Below are positions 47,862-56,870 of a stretch of 64,000 bases of DNA, one piece after another; position 1 is the stretch's first letter, and every line of letters begins with the position of its first letter. A program made the translations under genes and the position numbers. Location: positions 99,505-163,504 of the forward strand of contig CAJTMH010000004.1 in NCBI GenBank assembly GCA_910577255.1, given 5' to 3'. This DNA comes from an uncultured Duncaniella sp. Its GTDB lineage: Bacteria > Bacteroidota > Bacteroidia > Bacteroidales > Muribaculaceae. The notes below the pieces were generated by a model. The model was not told the origin of the DNA and made no database searches. It was given only the letters and a program-made list of their open reading frames with translations.

Positions 47862-48340
47862 TTCTCTTTCTTTTTCAGATTGAATGTAATTGTTACAAGT
47901 ACCCCGGAAACTATACCCAAAACATAAATCAGTATAGGGTCTGCCAATGGGTCTGAGCGTTTCTGCCGCTCCTGTATAAGTTCGTTCTGTTTCTGTTCGA
48001 GAGCATCACGCGCAGTATGATAGAGTGCCTCGTAGTATTCTACTTGACGTTGCAGCGAATCACATGTGCCGGTAATGTATATCACACCACCTTTTTGCTT
48101 CGCCTCTATATGCGCCCGGTCTTTACTTTCGCGAAAGACGGCTCCCTCTGGTAGCTTAAGGAGGCTGTCCACGGATACCGTAAGATTCACCTTGCTCCCC
48201 GGGATCATCTCGGTCTGAATGTGTTTTACTACAATACCCGTCGTGTCGCTCCTCTCGGATGTCGAAGATGTCTGCTCCTGCTGCATCTGAGTCTTTTTGG
48301 TTGTCGCGCAACTTGAAAAGCACAGGACAATAATCAGCAT
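47858..48340 (-). CDS. unimolecular-spanin-like protein (N-terminal lipoprotein signal plus C-terminal TM helix)
   Basis: Start set at MLIIVLCFSSC (lipobox). C-terminal helix ILIYVLGIVSGVLVTITFNL followed by KKKEK. Confidence 0.5.
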   Translation of the reverse strand: MLIIVLCFSSCATTKKTQMQQEQTSSTSERSDTTGIVVKHIQTEMIPGSKVNLTVSVDSLLKLPEGAVFRESKDRAHIEAKQKGGVIYITGTCDSLQRQVEYYEALYHTARDALEQKQNELIQERQKRSDPLADPILIYVLGIVSGVLVTITFNLKKKEK

Positions 48341-48656
48341 GACGGCAGCCGGAAGCAGCCTCGACAGCCTTGCGCAACCGGGCCATCTCGCGTTTGGTTG
48401 AAGCCATCTCCTTCTTTGTTGACTGAAGGTCTGTTCTCGTAGCGTTGAGTTCATCTTTCAAGGGTTTTACGATATTCTCCACCAAAATCCGTGTGGCATT
48501 CTCGGTGTTGGTGATACGCACGGTCTCGGCATCTGCCCGGGCTTTCTCTGCATCGGCGTTAGCCTTGCGCACGGTCGCTTTCATAGTAGCTACCGCCACC
48601 ACGAGGGCGACAAGACCGCCACCAAGCAATATGTTGAGGATTTCGCTGAAGGACAT
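48156..48656 (-). CDS. holin-like membrane protein (single N-terminal TM plus coiled coil)
   Basis: ILNILLGGGLVALVVAVATM TM helix. Follows the endolysin. Its 3' end overlaps the spanin-like gene by 185 nt in another frame. Confidence 0.45.
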   Translation of the reverse strand: MSFSEILNILLGGGLVALVVAVATMKATVRKANADAEKARADAETVRITNTENATRILVENIVKPLKDELNATRTDLQSTKKEMASTKREMARLRKAVEAASGCRHADYCPVLFKLRDNQKDSDAAGADIFDIREERHDGYCSKTHSDRDDPGEQGESYGIRGQPP

Positions 48657-48681
48657 CGCTGTGTTTGGTTTTAATTGTTGT

Positions 48682-49143
48682 TTACTGGTTTATGTCTATC
48701 GACTTAAGCCATTTCTGGACATCGAAACTCGGACAGGCTTTGGCCGCCACTTCGTTGTGGCCGATTATTCTGACTCCGGGGAAGCGGCAATGAAAGTCCT
48801 TTACATACGCTTCCATTGCCTTGAGCTGCGCAGGGGTGCGGGTATCCTTGGGCTTCATCGCCCTGTCACAGCCCCCGGCATATACCACATGACGACTGAC
48901 AGAATTGTAACCTTTGGCGCCATTAGTGATTTCCCACGGATCGACGTTGGCATCCTCGTTGTTATCGACCAGACGCTCAACGCTGCCGTCAAGATGAATA
49001 ATGTCGGTGTAACCTACTTGTTTCCATCCACGGCCTCCGGCAGACACCGGGGAGAGGTGCATGCGCCGTATATCGGCAGCCGTCACCTCACGCCCTTCGG
49101 GTGTCGCCGTGCAGTGGAGGACTAAATACTGCAGCTTTGCCAT
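48682..49143 (-). CDS. N-acetylmuramoyl-L-alanine amidase (endolysin, Amidase_2/PGRP-like)
   Basis: LVLHCTATPEG..., GYNSVSRHVVYAGG and IIGHNEV..KACPSFDV are typical of zinc amidase endolysins. Confidence 0.85.
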   Translation of the reverse strand: MAKLQYLVLHCTATPEGREVTAADIRRMHLSPVSAGGRGWKQVGYTDIIHLDGSVERLVDNNEDANVDPWEITNGAKGYNSVSRHVVYAGGCDRAMKPKDTRTPAQLKAMEAYVKDFHCRFPGVRIIGHNEVAAKACPSFDVQKWLKSIDINQ

Positions 49144-49145
49144 CT

Positions 49146-50219
49146 TTAACCCTTATTTGCTGCCGGGGCTTCGTATCCGCTCATTATGGCAGCTCCCGCA
49201 TCCTGCTTCTTGAACAGGCAGATGAAGTAATGACGGAAGTTGATGAGGCTACGCTGGTTCAACGGGTCGGTGGATGCCTCGCTGTAATACATCTTGGTAG
49301 AGCCGGTGGCCTTGAATACACGGGGTGTGTAGAAGGCGAAGGAGGCTTGGAACTCGCCGGCTTCGGCAGTGGCACCTACAGCCTTCTTTTTACCGGCGGT
49401 GGTATAGAGCGGACATGCAGCATAGGTGTAAATGGTGAAGCCGTACAGATTGCCCACCTTTCCGGTGTTGCGGTCGATATTGAACTGTTCACGGAAAGTC
49501 TGGCTGACGAGGAGCAGGTCATTTACATGATCTGTACAAAGCACTAATCGACGGTTATCCGTGGGAACCTTAAGCTTGTCAAGGGCAGCTTTTAGCGCAA
49601 CAAGGTCATTGGGAGTCAGACGGCGACGACCTGTTTCGGGATCGACCTCACCGGTGGTTTTCAACAGCGGGGTAGTGGCGCTGTTCTCGTTGGGGCAAAG
49701 CGCATGTGCAGCCTTGCGGAACTTGGCATCGCTGATGGCGTTGCCATGACTCTCTTTGACACGCGACATCTTGTCATAGGTAATGGCATGAAGCTCGTCA
49801 TCTGTAATCGGGGTCGCCTTGGTCTGGAATTTGTCAAGGTTTATCGCGATATCTCCGTCATCAAGCTTCTGCGTCTCGATGGGATAGGTGGTGTTGTTGA
49901 TCAGCACATCCGGGTCAACCCCCACATCCACGAGGTGTATGACATCGTTGTTGACTATCGAGGACTGGTCCGGCACCCCGTCGAGCCATGAGCCGCTGAG
50001 GAACTCGCGCAAAGCTTTGACAAGTTCGCCGGTCCATATCTCGGCATAGACACCGGCCCGGAGCGCGGATCCGACCGAAGGGACGAAACTCATCACGGAA
50101 CCCACGGCGACCATTGCGGCAGAACCCGCAAGGGGATGCACATCAACGGCAGTCGCCATGACCGCGCCCATCACAATGTTGAAAAGCAGGGCGCAAAGGA
50201 TTTTTAATGTTGTTTTCAT
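49146..50219 (-). CDS. major capsid protein (HK97-fold), with unusual hydrophobic N-terminal ~45 aa; start uncertain
   Basis: 357 aa, follows the prohead protease. The first ATG gives MKTTLKILCALLFNIVMGAVMATAV...; the alternative start MSFVPSVG is at 50093. Confidence 0.75.
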   Translation of the reverse strand: MKTTLKILCALLFNIVMGAVMATAVDVHPLAGSAAMVAVGSVMSFVPSVGSALRAGVYAEIWTGELVKALREFLSGSWLDGVPDQSSIVNNDVIHLVDVGVDPDVLINNTTYPIETQKLDDGDIAINLDKFQTKATPITDDELHAITYDKMSRVKESHGNAISDAKFRKAAHALCPNENSATTPLLKTTGEVDPETGRRRLTPNDLVALKAALDKLKVPTDNRRLVLCTDHVNDLLLVSQTFREQFNIDRNTGKVGNLYGFTIYTYAACPLYTTAGKKKAVGATAEAGEFQASFAFYTPRVFKATGSTKMYYSEASTDPLNQRSLINFRHYFICLFKKQDAGAAIMSGYEAPAANKG

Positions 50220-50238
50220 TTGCGGTTATTTTTGTTGG

Positions 50239-51186
50239 TTAGATGTTGCAGTCCATGCCGTACTCGGATTTGTAGAGACGGCGGTATTCGCCGGGGTTGT
50301 CCTTTCGAAGCTTCAGAAGCTCCTCCTCCGGAACCTCGCTGAGTTTGGTGTAGGTCTTGGCTTCTCCTGAAACCGGGGTCGTATCACTTGAGGAGTTTAC
50401 CGTCTTGCTAAGGCGGGCACGCGGGGACATGGCATCAAGAGTTGCTTTAAGCGAGTCGATGCCGATTGTTTTGCCGAGGTTGATGAAGTGTTCCTTCTTG
50501 TCCTCGGTAAGGCGATTTTCTCTGATGGCAAGCTCCACTGCGGATGTCACCTGAGTAAGCTCGAGCCCGGCCTTGTCTTTCTTTAACTGCTCGTTCTCGG
50601 TCGCGGCGGCTTGTAATTCCGTCACTTTGGCGAGAACTGCCGTTTCATCTGCCGTTTCCGGCAAGCCCAGTTTAAGGGCAATGGTCTTGAGTTCCATTTG
50701 CTGTTTTGTTGTTTGAGGTTTATTACTGAGTGCGGGCAGGGGGTTCTCGCTGTCTCTGCCCAGCGTTATCTGCTTTCCATTATGGCGCATGACTATGGCG
50801 TTGTCATTGGCACCGATATCTACTATGGAGGTCTCGAAGATTTTGCTCTTCGTGATTGTGGGAGCGGTCTGCCCGGCGACGAGATGTTCCGGCTCCTCGC
50901 TAAGTTCAAGCACGTCGATGCCTATGCTCACCATGCGGAGGGAACCGACCTCCCACTGTTTCTTACACTGTTTCGACAACTCGGTCGCACAGTCGAAGAC
51001 CGGCTCCCCGGTAATCTCACCGTCCTTGACCTCTATGTCCTTCATGAAGCCGATGACCTTGCCTCGCTCGTGCATATATAGCAGCACAGGGTTCCGCTCA
51101 TACTGCGCGGTATCGCACCCGGCTGTCAGCACCCGGCTGCCATGGCTGTTCAGGCTGTCGTCCGTTAGTCTTACTCGTTTTCCCAT
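50239..51186 (-). CDS. prohead protease (HK97/S78-like) fused to a scaffold-like coiled coil
   Basis: N-terminal LNSHGSRVLTAG...NPVLLYMHE is protease-like. The C-terminal half is helical and charged. Confidence 0.75.
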   Translation of the reverse strand: MGKRVRLTDDSLNSHGSRVLTAGCDTAQYERNPVLLYMHERGKVIGFMKDIEVKDGEITGEPVFDCATELSKQCKKQWEVGSLRMVSIGIDVLELSEEPEHLVAGQTAPTITKSKIFETSIVDIGANDNAIVMRHNGKQITLGRDSENPLPALSNKPQTTKQQMELKTIALKLGLPETADETAVLAKVTELQAAATENEQLKKDKAGLELTQVTSAVELAIRENRLTEDKKEHFINLGKTIGIDSLKATLDAMSPRARLSKTVNSSSDTTPVSGEAKTYTKLSEVPEEELLKLRKDNPGEYRRLYKSEYGMDCNI

Positions 51187-51318
51187 TGCGATGTGATGCG
51201 TTTGAATTTCGATGCAATATTACAGGGTAATTCCCTGCCTGACAAAAAAGTGTGAAACGGTTGCACACTTCTATGAAACCATTGCTCACTTTTTTTGCCG
51301 GCACGGTCGAACTCGCCA

Positions 51319-51335
51319 CTTTTGCATTGCAAAAG
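51319..51335. promoter_or_regulatory. perfect 8-bp inverted repeat (CTTTTGCA-T-TGCAAAAG) in the divergent late-operon control region
   Basis: Located 20 nt upstream of the small terminase ATG, between divergent structural operons. Confidence 0.3.
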
Positions 51336-51354
51336 CGCAAAAATCATTATCATC

Positions 51355-51828
51355 ATGACTAAAGCAGAACTGGAAAAAAAGAAATCCACAGCCCGGGCAC
51401 TGTTCATGTCCGGCATGGAGCAGACAGAGATAGCCGACAAGACCGGCGTGTCACGCACGACCATATCGAAGTGGTGCACAGCCGAGGGATGGAAGGAGGC
51501 CCGAGCCGCCAAAAACATAACCCGTCCGGAACTCGTCAACAAGCTGCTCCTGACAATCGACAACCTCATTGAGCAGGTCAACAGCTCTAAAGACCCGGCT
51601 ATGATGTCCTCTCTCGGTGACAGACTCGCAAAGCTATCATCGGTAATAGAGAAGCTCGACAAGAAGGCCAATGTGGTGGATGCGATTGAGGTGTTCACCG
51701 CTTTCTCGAAATGGCTCGAATTCAGGGCTAAGACAGACCCGGAAGTCACCGTGGAGCTCATCAAGCAGATCAATCGTTTTCAGGACAAGTTCATAATCGA
51801 ATCGGTGGGCAAAGGCTCACTGGCATGA
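51355..51828 (+). CDS. terminase small subunit (HTH)
   Basis: Start set at MTKAELEKKK. HTH segment MEQTEIADKTGVSRTTISKW. Immediately precedes the large subunit. Confidence 0.6.
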   Translation: MTKAELEKKKSTARALFMSGMEQTEIADKTGVSRTTISKWCTAEGWKEARAAKNITRPELVNKLLLTIDNLIEQVNSSKDPAMMSSLGDRLAKLSSVIEKLDKKANVVDAIEVFTAFSKWLEFRAKTDPEVTVELIKQINRFQDKFIIESVGKGSLA

Positions 51829-51832
51829 TACT

Positions 51833-53401
51833 ATGGCAAAAAAGCTGACGGCTGACCAGAAAGTCGCTCTGGAGAAATGGCGGGAGCATTGCCGGGATGT
51901 GCAGTCGATGACGGGCGTGTCCCTCGCGGTGGCACGCGAATCTCCGGCGGAGCGTGACCGGCGCATCAAAAGGCTGCTTTCCAATTACAATGAATTCTGC
52001 GAGTATTATTTCGCACACTTCATGACGCTCCGGGACAAATCCACCGGGGAGGTGGTAAAGGTTATACACAACGCGCCTTTCCACACCAAAGCAGCCATGA
52101 AGATCAGGAACACACCGAACCTGAAGGCGGTGTTCAAATGGCCGCGTGGTCATGCCAAATCCACCCATATCGGAGTATTCATTCCCCTTTGGCTGATTTT
52201 CCAACCGAAGCGCCTGATTGATTTCATGGTGACGGTAGGCAAGTCGGAGGACAGCGCCGTGCGTCTGCTCGGAGACCTTCAGGCGGAGCTTGAGTATAAC
52301 CAGAAGCTGATTGCTGATTTCGGCGAACAGAAGAACCTCGGCTCATGGCTCGAAGGGGAATTCAAAACCAAGGGCGGGGCCAAGTTCCTCGCCGTGGGGC
52401 GCGGCCAGTCACCCCGAGGTCTGCGTGACCGGGAGGCCCGTCCTGACTTCATAGTCATAGACGACTTGGACGATGACGAAACGTGCCGCAACGAAAAGCG
52501 CGTGAAGGATTTGACCGATTGGGTCAAGGAAGCTTTGTTCGGCGCGCTCGACGTGGGACGTGGCCGCTTCATCATGGTCGGCAACCTTATATCCAAAACC
52601 TCTGTCCTCGCAAATATATGCGCCTCGAAGGGAGTCCATGTGTCGGAAATAAAGGCTGTCGATGCCGAAGGAAATCCGGTGTGGGCGGATAAATGGACAC
52701 GCGAGGAGGCGGAGGCTTACCGTGAATTCGTGGGCTATCGTGCATGGGAAAAGGAAATGATGCATAATCCGATAAAGGACGGTACTATCTTCCGGCACGA
52801 GTGGATACGCTTCAAGAAGATACTTCCGCTGCATAAATACGACATGCTCGTGTGCTATACCGACCCCTCGTTCAAATCAACGACCTCTAACGACTATAAA
52901 GCCTCGCGTCTGTGGGGCAAGGTCGGCACTGAACTGCATCTGATCGACTGTTATGTGCGGCAGGACACGGTATCGGGCATGGTCCGCTGGCTATATAATC
53001 TTTACGAGTCTTTGCCGGACGATGTGGTGGTGTCATTCTTCATGGAAGCGAATTTCATGCAGGACATAATCCTTGACGAATTCGATGCGGAAGGGCGACT
53101 CAGGGGATATCAGCTCCCCTTGATGCCGGACACCCGAAAAAAGCCGGAAAAGATACAGCGCATCGAGGCTGTGTCGCCGCTGTGGGAGCGTGGCAAGGTT
53201 TTCTACAACGAGGAGCTGAAGGAGTCGCCGGACATGCAGGTCGGAATCGACCAGACCCTTTCGCTTGAGCGTGGCTCCCGCGCCCATGACGACGCTCCGG
53301 ATGCTGACGAGGGTGCTATATGGATTCTCCAGCGATGCTCAAGACAAGAAGTTTTCAAACCGGTGGTCATCGAAAGACGGTCACCCAAAAATATGTGGTA
53401 A
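51833..53401 (+). CDS. terminase large subunit
   Basis: 522 aa. Walker B-like FIVIDDLDDDE and the C-terminal nuclease Asp cluster (HDDAPDADEGAIW). Confidence 0.85.
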   Translation: MAKKLTADQKVALEKWREHCRDVQSMTGVSLAVARESPAERDRRIKRLLSNYNEFCEYYFAHFMTLRDKSTGEVVKVIHNAPFHTKAAMKIRNTPNLKAVFKWPRGHAKSTHIGVFIPLWLIFQPKRLIDFMVTVGKSEDSAVRLLGDLQAELEYNQKLIADFGEQKNLGSWLEGEFKTKGGAKFLAVGRGQSPRGLRDREARPDFIVIDDLDDDETCRNEKRVKDLTDWVKEALFGALDVGRGRFIMVGNLISKTSVLANICASKGVHVSEIKAVDAEGNPVWADKWTREEAEAYREFVGYRAWEKEMMHNPIKDGTIFRHEWIRFKKILPLHKYDMLVCYTDPSFKSTTSNDYKASRLWGKVGTELHLIDCYVRQDTVSGMVRWLYNLYESLPDDVVVSFFMEANFMQDIILDEFDAEGRLRGYQLPLMPDTRKKPEKIQRIEAVSPLWERGKVFYNEELKESPDMQVGIDQTLSLERGSRAHDDAPDADEGAIWILQRCSRQEVFKPVVIERRSPKNMW

Positions 53402-53403
53402 CT

Positions 53404-53634
53404 ATGATAGAGAGAATCAGACAGTATGTATTCGCATGGCGCTATCGTCGCGCTGTGCGCAAAGCAAAGGAGCTCGCCGGACTGTTCGGCATGAGATATT
53501 ATGTCATATCCCTGAACGGTAAGCTCAAGGTTGTGCCCAAGCAGACCATAAAGGAGCTTGTGCGCCGCAAGAGGTTCCGCAAGGGAGTGACTGTCGATGA
53601 CATAGAGAAAAAAGCGCTGTTTGTAACCCGATAA
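53404..53634 (+). CDS. small basic hypothetical phage protein
   Basis: Start set at MIERIRQYVF (2 nt after the terL stop). 76 aa. Confidence 0.4.
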   Translation: MIERIRQYVFAWRYRRAVRKAKELAGLFGMRYYVISLNGKLKVVPKQTIKELVRRKRFRKGVTVDDIEKKALFVTR

Positions 53635-53645
53635 CCTTTTATAAT

Positions 53646-54062
53646 ATGTTTGTGACAGATGATGATTACAGCGTGGTTGTCGGTGATGACGCACTGAAGG
53701 TGATATCCCGTGCTTCAGTCGAGAACCGTGCCAATGCCGAACTTGAGGCGATGGAGGAGATTTCCGGATATCTGCGACCGGTATATGACTGCGCCGCAAT
53801 ATTCGGCTCCGAGGGGGACGGCCGCAACCGGCTAATTGTGATGTACACGGTTGATATAGCCCTATACCACATGGTGGCTTCTTTACCGCAAAAGATGGGT
53901 ATTGAGATACGCAAGGAGCGCTACGAGCGCGCCATCAAATGGCTCGAAGGGGTCCAGTCCGGGAAAATAGTGCCTGATCTGCCTGTTGTAGATGACTCCG
54001 ACAATTCCCCTACAAATACAATAATTTATCACTCGGAACGAAAGCTCCGGCATAACTGGTAA
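53646..54062 (+). CDS. Mu gp36-like (DUF1320-type) head-tail connector protein
   Basis: 138 aa. N-terminal MFVTDDDYSVVVGDDALKVI...AELEAMEEISGYLR pattern resembles the gp36/DUF1320 family (recognised from memory). Confidence 0.5.
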   Translation: MFVTDDDYSVVVGDDALKVISRASVENRANAELEAMEEISGYLRPVYDCAAIFGSEGDGRNRLIVMYTVDIALYHMVASLPQKMGIEIRKERYERAIKWLEGVQSGKIVPDLPVVDDSDNSPTNTIIYHSERKLRHNW

Positions 54063-54066
54063 CGGT

Positions 54067-55389
54067 ATGAATATTCTCGACAATTTTCTTCAGAATTTCC
54101 GCTCAAGGAAAACTGAAGCTCCAATACTGCATACACCGCATGGTGATCTTAATCTCGCCAAGCCCGGAGACCGCAAGAAGTTCCAACGCACGGTGTTTGA
54201 GATTCAACGGGTGACCGATGCCTTAACCCAACAGGACATAGCCGACTGGCGCATGGCTTGGCAGATGGCATTGAACGTTGACTCACCAAACCGCCGCAAG
54301 TTATACGATATATATCGGGATGTGGATGCCGACCCGCACCTCTCCGGCTGTACCACCCAGCGCCGGGGATTCGTGATGTCCCGATCATTCAAACTCGTAA
54401 ACGCCTCCGGCGACGAGGATGAGAAAGCTCGGCATTATTTCGACCAGTCATGGTTCAAACAGCTCCTGAGACTCGCACATGATTCCATCTGGTGGGGGCA
54501 TTCACTGATCGAGCTCGGGGAACTTACCCGTGACGGCGACGGTTGCCTCTGCTATGACGGCGTGAAGCTCATCCCCCGAAAACATGTGATCCCGGAATAC
54601 CATCGTTGTGTTGTGAATATCGGCGACGACTGGAAATCCGGGGTTAACTATCACGAGGCACCCTACGCCGACTGGCTTATAGAGGCCGGTTTGCCGGATG
54701 ACCTCGGGATTTATCTCAAGGCTGCCCAGCAGACCATACCGAAAAAACATGCCAATGCGTTCTGGGACGCTTTCGCTGAGATTTTCGGGATGCCGATGCG
54801 CATTGCCCGAACCACGACACGCGACCCTAAGGAGTGGAACCGCCTCGAAAAGATGATGCGGGATGCCGGAACCGCTCTCTCCATGGTCGCCGGCATGGAG
54901 ACCGAGATACAGTTTGTCGAGTCCGGAAAGGGCGACGCTTTCAACGTCTATGACAAGCGCATCGACAGGGCAAACTCGGAGTTGTCAAAACTTACCATCG
55001 GGCAGACCATGACCATCGAGGACGGCTCCTCCCTTTCACAATCGGAAACTCACCTTCAGGTGTTCGAGAACCTTGTTGAGTCAGACCGGGATATGCTGCG
55101 CGACATAGTGAACAATCAGCTCATACCACGAATGATAAAACACGGTTTCCCTCTGAAGGGACTGCGTTTTGAATGGAATGATGCGGTTGATTACACTCCG
55201 GAACAGCAGATTCAATACGAGACTATGATTGCCGACCGTTACGAAGTTGATCCGTCATATTTTGCCGACAAATACGGCATGCCGGTCGGAGAGCGTCGCG
55301 ACAGGATGCCAGAACCTCCGACAGATAGTTCTGACGATAATCCTGACGATGACGGAAAGCAAAAGAATTCCCGCCGTTTTTTCGACTGA
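54067..55389 (+). CDS. portal protein (Mu gp29/DUF935-like)
   Basis: 440 aa, between terminase and the Mu-F-like gene, with an acidic C-terminal tail. Ends at ...RRFFD* within a T6 run. Confidence 0.75.
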   Translation: MNILDNFLQNFRSRKTEAPILHTPHGDLNLAKPGDRKKFQRTVFEIQRVTDALTQQDIADWRMAWQMALNVDSPNRRKLYDIYRDVDADPHLSGCTTQRRGFVMSRSFKLVNASGDEDEKARHYFDQSWFKQLLRLAHDSIWWGHSLIELGELTRDGDGCLCYDGVKLIPRKHVIPEYHRCVVNIGDDWKSGVNYHEAPYADWLIEAGLPDDLGIYLKAAQQTIPKKHANAFWDAFAEIFGMPMRIARTTTRDPKEWNRLEKMMRDAGTALSMVAGMETEIQFVESGKGDAFNVYDKRIDRANSELSKLTIGQTMTIEDGSSLSQSETHLQVFENLVESDRDMLRDIVNNQLIPRMIKHGFPLKGLRFEWNDAVDYTPEQQIQYETMIADRYEVDPSYFADKYGMPVGERRDRMPEPPTDSSDDNPDDDGKQKNSRRFFD

Positions 55390-55514
55390 GCCCCGCTGAC
55401 TATGCGGGGCTGCATGAGCGTTATGCCCGGTGGCTCGGCGACAATCCCCCGACACTGACTCTCGGGAAAGAGGAGGATGCTTTACGCAAGCGACTCTCCG
55501 GATTATTCAATGGT

Positions 55515-56708
55515 ATGATGAAAGCTGTGTACAAAACAGACGGCGCAGAACTTGCCATCGACATATTGTCAACCCCTCAAGTCCGGGAATTCATGGATGC
55601 CCATGCGGTGGCTCTCGACTCGTCGTTTGAAAAGGTCGATATGTCGGACGCCATGCGCCGGAGGCTTCAACGCTCAAACTTCGTTTTCTCCGGCATGAAG
55701 TCGTACCATGAGGTCAATGAGGCTCTCTCGTTGCTTTATGATGATAACGGTGTTATAAAGCCGTTCGAACAGTTTTTGAACGATGCCCGGAATATCGATG
55801 AGATCTACAACCGCAACTGGCTCCGGTCTGAGTATAATTTCGTGGCTTCATCGGCACAGATGGCTTCCAAATGGGAAAGGTTCATGGCTGACGGTGACCG
55901 TTACAATCTCCAGTACCGAACCCAGAAGGATGACAAGGTGCGTCCGGAACATGCCGCTCTCGACGGTGTGACGCTGCCGCCTTCGGATTCTTTCTGGGAA
56001 GAATTCTATCCGCCCAACGGTTGGAACTGCCGTTGCACCGTGGTTCAGGTGCGCAAATCTAAATACACCGAGACTCCGCATGACGAGGCTATGCGTCTCG
56101 GCGATGACGCTCTCCAGCGCGACACCAAGGGGATATTCCGTTTCAATCCCGGACTGGAGCAAAAGTCTGTCCCGGATTACAACCCATACACCATCCGTCG
56201 CTGCCGGGACTGCGACATAGCCAAAGGGAAGCTCAAGCTCGCCCGGGCATTCGTGCCGGACAATGAGGTCTGCGCGGCTTGCAAGTACATACGCTCCTGT
56301 CTGGAATTCCGCCGAGATCCCGGGTTCGTGAATTATCGTAAAAGTATCGTTGAAGATGCGACCAGACTTGAAGCCGGGCATCCGAATCTGGCGACAGGGA
56401 ATTTTTACCAGACTAAAAAATCATTCAAACGTGGAATAGCCCATGCCATGAATATCGAGGAGGCTGAAATGTTCTCCAAAATCAATCTGCACATATCAGA
56501 TCTTGTTTATGTGCGCGAGAGCCCATTGGGTGAAGTCAAAGATATGACGAACCCGAAGGCTATCGCGAACATCAAAAAGAAAAAGGAGCGTGGCGTAACC
56601 GGATATAACGTTTATGAGCTTCAACTCGGTTCCGACACTTGGATTGTAAAGACCGAAGTCTATAAAGAGCGCACTGAAGCCATATACCATATAATGAAAA
56701 AAGAGTAA
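55515..56708 (+). CDS. head morphogenesis protein (Mu F / SPP1 gp7 family) with C-terminal extension; true N-terminus may lie upstream
   Basis: NWLRSEYNFVASSAQMASKWERF...YRTQKDDKVRPEHAALDGV...NGWNCRCTVVQV is the Mu F signature. The frame is open and protein-like from 55353, with no start codon before 55515. Confidence 0.85.
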   Translation: MMKAVYKTDGAELAIDILSTPQVREFMDAHAVALDSSFEKVDMSDAMRRRLQRSNFVFSGMKSYHEVNEALSLLYDDNGVIKPFEQFLNDARNIDEIYNRNWLRSEYNFVASSAQMASKWERFMADGDRYNLQYRTQKDDKVRPEHAALDGVTLPPSDSFWEEFYPPNGWNCRCTVVQVRKSKYTETPHDEAMRLGDDALQRDTKGIFRFNPGLEQKSVPDYNPYTIRRCRDCDIAKGKLKLARAFVPDNEVCAACKYIRSCLEFRRDPGFVNYRKSIVEDATRLEAGHPNLATGNFYQTKKSFKRGIAHAMNIEEAEMFSKINLHISDLVYVRESPLGEVKDMTNPKAIANIKKKKERGVTGYNVYELQLGSDTWIVKTEVYKERTEAIYHIMKKE

Positions 56709-56870
56709 GCAATAACCCACACGTCGATCACATACGACTTTAAAGGCTAAAACCTACTCTTTGAGTGCAAAGATAACACATTAATTTCAAATATAGTTGA
56801 TGTTATGAGCTAAAAATATCATTGTCCCTCCGGGGAGGACATAAAAATGCCCCCGGCTTGTTAAACAGTC

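Noticed and set aside
48156-48454. Long form of ORF 47858..48454 starting at MNSTLREQ
   Set aside because: The first 38 codons are Arg/Gln-rich and overlap the holin-like gene. The lipoprotein signal begins at the internal Met (48340).
51171-51773. 200-aa minus-strand ORF
   Set aside because: It is antisense to the small terminase gene and crosses the divergent promoter region. Its Ser-rich composition is low-complexity.
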